The position numbers were made by a program, and so were the translations under genes. Below, piece after piece: positions 18,240-27,711 of a stretch of 64,000 nucleotides of DNA (its first letter is position 1; every line of letters starts with the position of its first letter). This stretch comes from Candidatus Hermodarchaeota archaeon (GTDB taxonomy: Archaea > Asgardarchaeota > Lokiarchaeia > Sigyniarchaeales > SOKP01): positions 3,105-67,104 of the forward strand of contig JBHLLG010000001.1 of the NCBI GenBank assembly GCA_048885925.1. Direction: 5' to 3'. The notes under the pieces are model-generated. The model made no database searches and had not been told where the DNA came from. It saw only the letters and a list, made by a program, of their open reading frames with translations.

Positions 18240-19220
18240 ATGTTAAAAGAAGACGAAATTTATAAAGAAGATAAAAAAGGAATAAAATTAATTTGTCCAA
18301 AATGTAATGCGGTAAAATTAGTGCAAATACCTAAAAAATTAGTTGAAGATTCTAAAACTCTTTTGACAATTTCTATTCCTACAAATTATGTCTGTGAACA
18401 TGGTTTTCAAGCATATATAGATAGATGGTTCTGTGTTAGAGGGTATCACAATGCTGATCTTGATCTAAAAAATCTTGAAATTTATGAAACTGGAAGCAAA
18501 AAAGTTGATGATGTTGTTACATATGCTGTATCTTTAGTTATAAAAAAAATTATTAATAATTTAAAGAAGCATAAGGAAGATGGAGTAATTTTGGGAGGCT
18601 CTTTAATTAATCAAAAAGGAGACGTTTTATATTTATCCCTACCTGATGAGATATTTCTTAATATGATAGATCAAGTTGAACTTCAAAAAGTAAATCGTGA
18701 ATTTAAACTAAAAAAAATGATTATTGAATTGGAAAATAGTCAAAAAGTGTTTTCTGAATTTCTAAAAGTGGAAGATTCCACTTTAACTATTGTTATTCTT
18801 TTTCCCTCTGTGGTTAGTATCACTGATGCAGAATCCTATCTAAATGTTTTTAAAAAATTTGTTATGGAATATGAGGATCCTATAGAATTAAAAAGGAAAG
18901 AGCAATTAAGAATGAAGAAAATAGAAGAAGCCCAAAAACGGAAGGCTAAACGGAAAACACCATCAAAATTTTGGGTTTATTCTAAAATAACCAGTGAAAC
19001 ACCTTTAGAAGAATTAACGAGTATTTACATTGATATATTAGGGATTGAAATTGATAAAAAGAACATCTTAAATATAGAAGAAATTATAGAGATTAGTAAA
19101 ATAAAACCGTTTGAAGGAAAAATTTATTTTTCTAATAAATTCGTTAATTTAATGGAAGGTTTAGCGTTGACAATGAAAGATGCGTCAATATTGTTAAGTA
19201 AGTTAAATAAAATGCCATGA
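18240..19220 (+). CDS. Zn-binding N-terminal domain protein with roadblock/longin-like middle region
   Basis: CPKC...VCEHGF..YID..F.VRGY; ILGGSLINQKGDVLYLSLP. Confidence 0.7.
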   Translation: MLKEDEIYKEDKKGIKLICPKCNAVKLVQIPKKLVEDSKTLLTISIPTNYVCEHGFQAYIDRWFCVRGYHNADLDLKNLEIYETGSKKVDDVVTYAVSLVIKKIINNLKKHKEDGVILGGSLINQKGDVLYLSLPDEIFLNMIDQVELQKVNREFKLKKMIIELENSQKVFSEFLKVEDSTLTIVILFPSVVSITDAESYLNVFKKFVMEYEDPIELKRKEQLRMKKIEEAQKRKAKRKTPSKFWVYSKITSETPLEELTSIYIDILGIEIDKKNILNIEEIIEISKIKPFEGKIYFSNKFVNLMEGLALTMKDASILLSKLNKMP

Positions 19221-19243
19221 TAAGAATTGCTTCTTTATATAGT

Positions 19244-20218
19244 TTAAACTCCTATCCAGAATGAAAAAAGAAAAACATAAGACAGGAAATAAATAGAAAT
19301 AAATAGAAATCCTGCCCTTTTATCTATTTTTCTTCTTGCAGCAATTGTTATAAAAACTATAAAGCTTGCAATTAAAGTATATAAAACAGTTGGGATTGCT
19401 AATGCTGCGGTTATATAATTAGGATTTCGATTAAATACAACTTGGCCTATACCAATTGAAAGTGTTGAATCTACTATACAAGAGCCTACGAGATCTCCAA
19501 TAGCGATTTGGTGGTGTCCTAATCTTAATGCATTGATATCAACAGCCAATTCTGGCAGTGAAGTCCCAACTGCAACTATAAAGAAACTAATGATATATTC
19601 GTGAATCTTTAAAACACTTGAAATAATTATAACAGATTCAACTATCATAAAAGCTCCTAAAGTTACACCACCAAATCCTATTGCTGCTATTAAGAGATGT
19701 AATTTTTTACTTTTAGGAGATTCTATTTTCTCTATCATTTCTACTCTTTGTAAAATGCTCTCCTTATTAGCATTATAAATCAACCATATGTAAATTGCTA
19801 AGCAAGAGACCATTAAAATACCGTCTAATCTGGTAACAAAGCCTTTCTCAATAATAGTAAAGATTAATACTAATGATAAGATTTCACAAGCTCCAAGAAT
19901 AATTATATCTTTTCTATGAATATAAAACATTCCACAAGCAAATGGTAAAATTCCAAAAACTAAGGTAAGTTGTGTTAAATCTGAACCTACAGAATCACCA
20001 ATATCAATATCTGCATGGCCTAATGCACAAGATACGAGAGAATTAAAGATTTCTGCAATATCTGTTCCTATAGAAACTAAAGACACTCCAATGACTAAAG
20101 GCGAAATACCTAACGCAGCAGCTAAAATAGCAGAATGTTTTACAGCTTTCATACTAGAGTAAATAATAATAGCTATTCCACCAATAAGTGTTAATATAGC
20201 TAATACTAGTTCTGTCAT
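19244..20218 (-). CDS. Sodium:calcium antiporter (CaCA/YrbG family)
   Basis: SIGTDIAE and AVGTSLPE alpha repeats; GD.VGS motifs. Confidence 0.92.
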   Translation of the reverse strand: MTELVLAILTLIGGIAIIIYSSMKAVKHSAILAAALGISPLVIGVSLVSIGTDIAEIFNSLVSCALGHADIDIGDSVGSDLTQLTLVFGILPFACGMFYIHRKDIIILGACEILSLVLIFTIIEKGFVTRLDGILMVSCLAIYIWLIYNANKESILQRVEMIEKIESPKSKKLHLLIAAIGFGGVTLGAFMIVESVIIISSVLKIHEYIISFFIVAVGTSLPELAVDINALRLGHHQIAIGDLVGSCIVDSTLSIGIGQVVFNRNPNYITAALAIPTVLYTLIASFIVFITIAARRKIDKRAGFLFISIYFLSYVFLFSFWIGV

Positions 20219-20475
20219 TTCCGGATTAAGTTTTTTTATTATAGAATTCTTTTATTTTATTCAAAAGGGAGTTTAAGTATTTTACTAAGGAGATTTCTTA
20301 ATTATACTATTTTGGATGGTCTTTTAATAATCTAATAATGTTTACGGGTATTCAATTCTCCAGTTTTTATAGATATTAACTTATATATAAAATTATCCAT
20401 TTACAATCCGAAATTGTCCATAGAAAATCCAAAAAATAGTAAACTTATTATAGAAAAATATAAAAAAAATAACTA

Positions 20476-20631
20476 ATGGATAACGAAAAACACGAATTTC
20501 ATATTTCTCTAGAGAGAGATTTATTCGATAAATTGGAATATATTAAAGATTATCACGGAATTAAGAATATCACAGAAATAGTTAGATTCTTGATAACTAA
20601 AGAATATAGAAAAATCAAAAAATCTGAATGA
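20476..20631 (+). CDS. Ribbon-helix-helix (CopG/Arc-like) protein, 51 aa
   Basis: Manual translation MDNEKHEFHISLERDLFDKLEYIKDYHGIKNITEIVRFLITKEYRKIKKSE; below the ORF-track cutoff. Confidence 0.75.
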   Translation: MDNEKHEFHISLERDLFDKLEYIKDYHGIKNITEIVRFLITKEYRKIKKSE

Positions 20632-20665
20632 ATTAATCTATTAATTATAAATTCTAAAATTTATA

Positions 20666-21421
20666 TTAAGATTTTATTAATTTAAGCAATTCCGTAAAAA
20701 TCTCACCAGCACTGCCTTTTAGAAAAACATCAGCTATATCATCCATAATTGTGTTTTCTCGATTTATAAAAATGAGCTGAGCACCATACTGTTTTGCAAT
20801 TGATGGCATAAAATTGGCGGGTGAAATTAATAGAGAGCTTCCTACAACAATTAAACAATCTGCATTAGTGCATTCATTCATTGCACCTTCTAAAACACCA
20901 TGAGGAAGAGATTCACCAAATAAAACAACTTTAGGTTTTATATATCCCGAACACTCACATACAGGATAATCCACACTTTTAGTATCAATCTCTTCATAAT
21001 TAAATTCTCTATGACATTTAACACAATGGAGTTTCCCATATTCTCCATGTAGCTGATAGATATTGGCACCAAATTTACCACTTCCTGCCTTTTGATGCAA
21101 CATGTCGATATTTTGGGTAATTACGGCTTTTACTTTACCGATTTTTTCTAATTCAGCAATAGCTAAATGTGCTTGATTAGGAGCTGCAATCCCCACTAGA
21201 TCTTCTACTTCCTTATGCATTTTCCAAAAAAGAGAGGGATCATGTAAAAAATATTGATAACTCGCATAAATATTCGGTTCGTAGCGACTCCAGAGACCTC
21301 CAGGACTACGAAAATCATCAATTCCAGATTCTGTAGAAATACCTGCTCCTGTAAATACAACAATATAATTAGAATTCTTAATTATGAGAGCTGCTTCAAA
21401 TAATTTTTCTTGATCTATCAT
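20666..21421 (-). CDS. cobB: NAD-dependent protein deacylase, Sir2 family
   Basis: TGAGISTESGI.DFR, TQNID.LH, HG, CxxC..CxC, KPKVVLFGE and VGSSL motifs. Confidence 0.95.
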   Translation of the reverse strand: MIDQEKLFEAALIIKNSNYIVVFTGAGISTESGIDDFRSPGGLWSRYEPNIYASYQYFLHDPSLFWKMHKEVEDLVGIAAPNQAHLAIAELEKIGKVKAVITQNIDMLHQKAGSGKFGANIYQLHGEYGKLHCVKCHREFNYEEIDTKSVDYPVCECSGYIKPKVVLFGESLPHGVLEGAMNECTNADCLIVVGSSLLISPANFMPSIAKQYGAQLIFINRENTIMDDIADVFLKGSAGEIFTELLKLIKS

Positions 21422-21472
21422 TTATTTCATAAAGGCCATTTATTAAGCTAAATACTAATTTATTCATTAATT

Positions 21473-21868
21473 TTACTTCTTAAAAAAAAAGTTTTCATTT
21501 AATTGATAAAATCCAAAACTGATAGGAATAAATAATTCATTTTCTTCAAATTCTTTAATCAAATTATCGAGAAAATCTTGTTTTTTTATTAAAAAATAAC
21601 TAAAAATATATATAAAAGTAAAAAGGAGTAGTATAATAAAATAGTTCCAAAATTCATGGAAATTTAATGTAAAACCTGTTTGACGCAAATCTCTCTTGTG
21701 ATGTACATAACAATCAATTAGAGTATATAAGAACCAAATTACTAAGATTGAGATTACCATTGTTAATTTCAATTTTTTTAATAAAACTTTGGTAAGGTAA
21801 CTTAAATTTAAATTACTTAATGATTTATCATCTCTGATTTCTTTAGAATTCATATTAATACTTATCAT
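21473..21868 (-). CDS. Hypothetical membrane protein (2 TM)
   Basis: ORF with two hydrophobic stretches; very AT-rich. Confidence 0.45.
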   Translation of the reverse strand: MISINMNSKEIRDDKSLSNLNLSYLTKVLLKKLKLTMVISILVIWFLYTLIDCYVHHKRDLRQTGFTLNFHEFWNYFIILLLFTFIYIFSYFLIKKQDFLDNLIKEFEENELFIPISFGFYQLNENFFFKK

Positions 21869-22198
21869 TGTTGAATAAAATTAGAGGTAAAGTTGAATAG
21901 GTTAGTTAGAAAATAAAAACCTCCTTATATATTAGATATTTAATTGATATGTCGAAGTGTTAAATCTGTAATAATAGAGTTTTATATATATCTTTTTAAA
22001 TAGTTAAACTATACATTCTAACTTCACTATAAACTACAATTATATTTAGAAAATGATATTATTCATTTGAAATATCTATAGAATATCATCCTTGAATTCA
22101 ATATATGTTATATTCTAAAAATTTAATAATCTAAAAAAACAAAAATTAATTTTCATTCTTGATGCAATCTCAAAAATTATTATTAAATATGTGTAAAA

Positions 22199-22828
22199 AT
22201 GGATATTTTTGAAAAAATAAAAGAACTAAAACTTATACCAGTTGCCGTTATAGATTATGCAGATAATGCGGTTCCTTTAGGGAAAGCATTAATTGAAGTG
22301 GGACTTCCAATTATAGAAATAACATTTAGAACTGAATCTGCAGCAGAATCTATTAAAAAATTAACTAAGGAATTACCTGTTATGTTGGTAGGTGCTGGGA
22401 CAGTTCTGAAAGTTGATCAAGTAAAGAATGCCACTATAGCTGGAGCTAAATTTATTGTAACTCCTGGCTTTAATCCAAAGGTTGTTGATTATTGTATACA
22501 GGAAAAAATTCCAATAATTCCTGGCGTAAATACACCCACAATCGTAGAGTGGGCACTAGATAGAGGTTTAACTGTTGTAAAATTTTTTCCTGCTGATCTT
22601 TCAGGCGGACCGAAAATGCTTAAAAGTTTGGCAGGACCTTACCCAGATATGAAATTTGTGCCTACAGGAGGGATAAATGCAGATTCATTGAAAGGTTATC
22701 TAGAATTACCTAATGTTATTGCGTGTGGAGGAAGTTGGATAGTGAGTAAGGACTTAATTTCAGCGGGTAAATTCGAAGAAATCAAAAATTTAACAAAAGA
22801 TGCACTTAGAATTATTAAATCGAATTAG
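22199..22828 (+). CDS. eda: KDPG/KHG aldolase
   Basis: EITFRT, GAGTVL, FIVTPG, KFFPA and PTGGI motifs. Confidence 0.95.
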   Translation: MDIFEKIKELKLIPVAVIDYADNAVPLGKALIEVGLPIIEITFRTESAAESIKKLTKELPVMLVGAGTVLKVDQVKNATIAGAKFIVTPGFNPKVVDYCIQEKIPIIPGVNTPTIVEWALDRGLTVVKFFPADLSGGPKMLKSLAGPYPDMKFVPTGGINADSLKGYLELPNVIACGGSWIVSKDLISAGKFEEIKNLTKDALRIIKSN

Positions 22829-22847
22829 GACTACTAAATTTTACATT

Positions 22848-23774
22848 TTAATTGATTTTTTCAAGCCAGGGAATTATTCGAGTTAAAACTTCTTGAATAT
22901 TTTCTTGAAAAATCAAATGCGAAGCATCCTTCAAGATCTCTAGACTTTTATTTTTACATATTAATCTATTGTATATTTCTTTCATATATTCTATACTAAA
23001 CAAAATATCTTCATCGCCATTTATTATCATTATTGGAACATCTATTTCTTCTATAGGTTTTGGTAAAGGATCTTTCATCTGAGTTCTAAGAGCTGTAAAT
23101 GTATACTTAAGACTAATTAAAGAGTCCTTCAATAGAATGTTTATTCGCTCTATAACCTTTTCAGTTTTGGCTAAATTTTCAAAATCCAAATATAAAGTGG
23201 TGCTTATTTTTAATTTTGGCGCAATTTTAGCGGCTATGGGTATTAGATGGATTAATAACCTTAAGATACCGCGTAGCTTAATAATTTTTTTGTAAGCTTT
23301 TTCATTGAATATTGCAACATTATGGCATATTGCACCGTTAAATCTATTATCATAAGCTACAGAATATAGAGTATTAATCCCTCCTAAACTTGAACCCATA
23401 AGAAAATTCTTATTACCATAATTTTCAATAACGTAAGAATGTACATCATATACTATCTTCTCAAATTGATTCATAGTAAAATGGCCCCTAATACCTTCGC
23501 TTAAGCCGTGCCCCATCATATCAGGTGCAATAACTCTATAACCTTTATTAAAGAGGTTATATAAAAACTCAGCATAGAATCTACTATATACAGATGTACC
23601 ATGTAGGAATATAACATTTCCTTTAAATGGTTTCTCTTTATCGTCGTAAATATCTAAATGAATTTTTAATCCTTGAGATAATATATAATCCTCTTTAATA
23701 AGAGTCTTAATCTTCTGGGGATCTATCTCAAAACAATAGTTAAACCAGTAATCATTGTATTCCAATTTGAGCAT
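22848..23774 (-). CDS. Alpha/beta hydrolase (lysophospholipase/monoacylglycerol lipase-like)
   Basis: LHG, GHGLSEG.RGH, GSSLGG nucleophile elbow, GDED, SH; ATG at 23774 follows a GGTGA RBS. Confidence 0.9.
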   Translation of the reverse strand: MLKLEYNDYWFNYCFEIDPQKIKTLIKEDYILSQGLKIHLDIYDDKEKPFKGNVIFLHGTSVYSRFYAEFLYNLFNKGYRVIAPDMMGHGLSEGIRGHFTMNQFEKIVYDVHSYVIENYGNKNFLMGSSLGGINTLYSVAYDNRFNGAICHNVAIFNEKAYKKIIKLRGILRLLIHLIPIAAKIAPKLKISTTLYLDFENLAKTEKVIERINILLKDSLISLKYTFTALRTQMKDPLPKPIEEIDVPIMIINGDEDILFSIEYMKEIYNRLICKNKSLEILKDASHLIFQENIQEVLTRIIPWLEKIN

Positions 23775-23778
23775 CAAA

Positions 23779-24804
23779 TCACCAACGCCAAAAGATATCC
23801 TCAGCATGACCTAGCATATCTTTAATATAAATTTTCTCACCATTATCTAACACAATTTCTCCAATATATAATCCATGAAGTAGAGATGAATTTAGATAAA
23901 TAAATCCAAAATTAATTTTCTCTCTATGTGGAATGAGCGGCGTTAAAACCATATTAAATCTATTATCATTACTTGTGAATTTCCAAGGCTTAGTAGGATC
24001 ACGATTTTCATGGTGAAAAGTTACCTCATCGATTTTATGAGCCTTTCCATTGTAAAAAATAATGTTTTCTGTGTGAGTTGATAAATCTCCAAATCCATAG
24101 CCAATATTGAAAGCAATGGGTATTCCATTTATTATTCCACAAGCAGAACCCCACAACCAATGAGTATGATAAGGCCAAATTCCACGCCCCCAATCCATAA
24201 GTCCAAAAGAATTTTCAGGTTCAAATGTGTATGATTTATCACCAATTATCATTTTACCTTCAGCAGGCATATAATTTATTTTGTGGTTATAGTAGAATAA
24301 TCGTGGATCTTCTTTATAACCTGTAACAACTACAGTGTTATCCATTTTCGGGTCATCTGTAAGCATTATGTTTCCTTTTAATCCTTTATTTTGAAAGGTT
24401 GGATCATCAATCGAAATAATCCGTTTATTTTTACTTTTTGTTATAGTTGCTTTAAATTTTTTATTTGGAAACTCAATAAGACTATCTTCCTGGGAACTTA
24501 TTGGTAATAGCTTCGATTTGGTGAAAAATTTAAAGAACCCCTTACCATCTCTTTTCTTGTTCTCGAAATCAAGCCATACATAACTCATCTGAGTAAGATA
24601 TCCAATATCTCCGATTGTAAGCTGAAATCCAAATTGTTTATTAAGGATAGAATAATGATCCCACTCTTTAATACGAAGCCATCCTTTTCCAATATTTTCT
24701 TTATTATATTTTAAGATTGGTTTTCTTGCCCAACCTCGTTGAATCAGTGAGCCATCTTTATTAAATAGGTTTGAAGGTTCTGTAATTTCGTTTTGATCTC
24801 CCAT
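23779..24804 (-). CDS. DUF2804 family protein
   Basis: GWARKP, RIKEWDHY, MDWGRGIWPY, FNIGYGFGD, TEN and terminal W. Confidence 0.88.
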   Translation of the reverse strand: MGDQNEITEPSNLFNKDGSLIQRGWARKPILKYNKENIGKGWLRIKEWDHYSILNKQFGFQLTIGDIGYLTQMSYVWLDFENKKRDGKGFFKFFTKSKLLPISSQEDSLIEFPNKKFKATITKSKNKRIISIDDPTFQNKGLKGNIMLTDDPKMDNTVVVTGYKEDPRLFYYNHKINYMPAEGKMIIGDKSYTFEPENSFGLMDWGRGIWPYHTHWLWGSACGIINGIPIAFNIGYGFGDLSTHTENIIFYNGKAHKIDEVTFHHENRDPTKPWKFTSNDNRFNMVLTPLIPHREKINFGFIYLNSSLLHGLYIGEIVLDNGEKIYIKDMLGHAEDIFWRW

Positions 24805-24896
24805 TTTTAATCTAATATATAAATTATGCTGAATTGATACTTTTTAAAAGATTTGAAACAAAATAAAATATATGATAAGAAATAAAAAAGAATGAA

Positions 24897-26168
24897 ATGA
24901 ATCAAATGCCATCAGAATTTGAAAAAAATTTAGAAAGATATGCTGAAATTATTGTAAAAATTGGTCTTAATATTCAACCAGGGCAACGTTTACTTATTGG
25001 TGGTCCCACTGCATTTAGTTGTGGAGCACCAATTGAACTAGCCCCCCTAGTACGATTGATTACGAAAGAAGCATATAAAGTTGGAGCTAGATTTGTTGAA
25101 GTCATGTGGGATGATGACCAATTACGACTTATACGATTCCAATATGCCCCCCGAAATTCTTTTGAAGAATTTCCTATCTGGCGAACAGATTGTCAATATG
25201 ATTATGGCAAAAGAGGTGATGCTATTCTCATTTTCTCTGCATTTAACCCTGATTTACTTAAAGGTCATGATCCTGATTTAATGGGAATTACATTTAACAC
25301 ATATCTTAAATATAGACAGAATTTTAGTGATTTAATATCAGCAAGCGCTATGAGTTGGTGTGCAATAGTTGCTCCCATTGATGGATGGACAGAAAAATTA
25401 TTTCCTGATATTCCACAGGAGAAACAGAAAGCTAAATTTTGGGATATAATTTTTGAGATATGTCGGGTAAAAAGTGAAGATCCTATTGCTGCTTGGGAAT
25501 CTCACATCAAACAACTTAGTGCAAGGAGTGCCTTTTTAAATCAAAAACGATATATTACATTAAAATTAAATGGTCCTGGTACAGATCTTACAATAGGGTT
25601 ACCTAAAGGACATATTTGGGGAAGTGCGAGATTTAAAACCCAAAATGGGATAGATTATGTAGGAAATATACCTACAGAGGAAATTTTTACAGTACCACAT
25701 AAACATAAGACGGAGGGTACCGTAACAACGACAAAACCTCGTGCTCTTGATGTAACTATTGAAGATATGAGTCTAACTTTTTCCAAAGGGCAAGTAATTG
25801 AAGCAAGGGCCAAAAAAGGTGAAGAAATGTTAAAAAAAATCCTTGAAATAGATGAAGGTGCAAAAAGATTGGGGGAAATTGCTCTTGTTCCTCATAGTTC
25901 ACCAATCTCTCAATCAAGTTTGCTTTTCTATAACACTCTTATTGACGAAAATGCATCATCTCACATTGCATTAGGCAAAGGTTTTAAGTTTGCTTTGGAA
26001 AATGGTAAAGAGATGTCAGATAAGGAATTTTCTTCCGCTGGTGGAAATCTTAGCAAAACTCATATTGATTTCATGATTGGATCAGATAAAATGGATGTTG
26101 ATGGGATCTTGAAGAATGGAAAATCCGAACCATTAATGAGGAATGGAGAATGGGCTTTTAGAGTTTAA
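24897..26168 (+). CDS. ampS: Aminopeptidase T/S (M29 family)
   Basis: YA..IVKIGLNIQPGQ, NIPTEEIFT, GEIALV, DENASSHIALG and HIDFMIG motifs. Confidence 0.95.
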   Translation: MNQMPSEFEKNLERYAEIIVKIGLNIQPGQRLLIGGPTAFSCGAPIELAPLVRLITKEAYKVGARFVEVMWDDDQLRLIRFQYAPRNSFEEFPIWRTDCQYDYGKRGDAILIFSAFNPDLLKGHDPDLMGITFNTYLKYRQNFSDLISASAMSWCAIVAPIDGWTEKLFPDIPQEKQKAKFWDIIFEICRVKSEDPIAAWESHIKQLSARSAFLNQKRYITLKLNGPGTDLTIGLPKGHIWGSARFKTQNGIDYVGNIPTEEIFTVPHKHKTEGTVTTTKPRALDVTIEDMSLTFSKGQVIEARAKKGEEMLKKILEIDEGAKRLGEIALVPHSSPISQSSLLFYNTLIDENASSHIALGKGFKFALENGKEMSDKEFSSAGGNLSKTHIDFMIGSDKMDVDGILKNGKSEPLMRNGEWAFRV

Positions 26169-26171
26169 AGC

Positions 26172-27578
26172 TCATTCGATTTTTTGGCATATATTATCAA
26201 TTTTTTGAATTGTTTTATCAATTATTTCATCTGTATGGAGCATGCATGTGTAAAACCGACTTCCAGCTACAGAAATTAATTCCTGATCAACTAATGCTGC
26301 TCCCATCTCACCCATAAAGTCTCTTCGAACCGGAATTTGACCTGATTGCGATGGATCACTTAAATTTAGACCGAATACACAACTTGTTTGAAAATGAACT
26401 GTTCCTCCAAAATTGTATGAAAACCAAGGTAAATTATATTTATCAAATACGTTATTTAATCCCGTGGATAAACGAGTTGCTGCATGAATAGCTTTTTCTG
26501 TTGCATTTGTTTCTTCTACAAATTTGATTGCCCAATAAGCTGCTGCGCATGTTAATGGATTTGCTGCTATAGTACCCCCGGTATAAGCTCTTTTACCGCC
26601 AGTAACACCTGCGCCACAGACTGCCATAACATCCGCTCGACCTCCAATCGCAGCTGCAGATGGAAAACCGTGTCCTACTATTTTCCCAAATACAGAAATA
26701 TCCGGAGTATATCCATAATAAGCTTGTCCTCCTCCTACATGTAATCTAAAAGCACAAACAACCTCATCTGAAATCAATAATGCTCTATTTTCATGACATA
26801 ATTCTTCAACTTCTTTATTGAATCCCGGTCTTGTTGGAATAGCACCACTTTCCCCACCCATTGGTTCAATAATAACTGCAGCAATTTTACGTTTCTCTTT
26901 AAAAACCTCCCTTAACGTTTCAATTTCATTCGGAGGAACTGATTCTGTGAATTTAAACACATTTTTCGGTATCCCATGAGATTCTAGTAATTTCGTACCA
27001 GGAATATGCATATCATAAGTAAGTTGGTCACTCCATCCATGGTATGATCCTCCTATTTTTATAATCCATTTTCTATTTGTAAATGCTCTCGCAATCCTTA
27101 TTGCAAGCATATCAGCTTCAGTTCCCGTTTGTAGCCAACGAATTATTTCACAAGAAGGAAAATGTTTTTGTAGCTGCTCAGCTGCTAAATATTCATATTC
27201 GTGTGTTATTCCATGACAAGGTCCAATATTTTGAATAACCTCAACAACTTTTTGAATTAATGGAGGGTATTGATGACCAAGGATAATGGGAGCGCCACAC
27301 ATAAGATAATCTGTTAGTACCACATCATCCACGGTTTCCATATAACAATCATACACTCTTTTACTTGCTAAAGGAAATGGATGATTAAATGCCAGATTAT
27401 GCTCCACTCCACCAGGAATAATTTTAAGTGCTCGTTCAAATGCTTTTTTTGATTTTACATGGTTTTTTTGGTACCTTTCAATTATTCCTTCTAATTCCTT
27501 TGGTTTAAATTGTCTTAAAGGATTATTAACGATGGTATCAATTTTTTGCTTTATTTCTTCATATTTCATAGTACACAT
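26172..27578 (-). CDS. Class III PLP aminotransferase (glutamate-1-semialdehyde aminomutase-like)
   Basis: IPGGV, GTEA, YHGW, IIEP, DEV, FGK and GT motifs. Confidence 0.88.
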   Translation of the reverse strand: MCTMKYEEIKQKIDTIVNNPLRQFKPKELEGIIERYQKNHVKSKKAFERALKIIPGGVEHNLAFNHPFPLASKRVYDCYMETVDDVVLTDYLMCGAPIILGHQYPPLIQKVVEVIQNIGPCHGITHEYEYLAAEQLQKHFPSCEIIRWLQTGTEADMLAIRIARAFTNRKWIIKIGGSYHGWSDQLTYDMHIPGTKLLESHGIPKNVFKFTESVPPNEIETLREVFKEKRKIAAVIIEPMGGESGAIPTRPGFNKEVEELCHENRALLISDEVVCAFRLHVGGGQAYYGYTPDISVFGKIVGHGFPSAAAIGGRADVMAVCGAGVTGGKRAYTGGTIAANPLTCAAAYWAIKFVEETNATEKAIHAATRLSTGLNNVFDKYNLPWFSYNFGGTVHFQTSCVFGLNLSDPSQSGQIPVRRDFMGEMGAALVDQELISVAGSRFYTCMLHTDEIIDKTIQKIDNICQKIE

Positions 27579-27711
27579 AATACTCTTAGTTAATGTTTAT
27601 TTTGGTAACTAAATTAAATATTGAAATATAACATTAAAAATTAAGTTTATTTTTTGGAGGAAAAGAAGTATTTTAACTCTTAACTGAGTTAATTTAGTTA
27701 TCTTATTAAGT

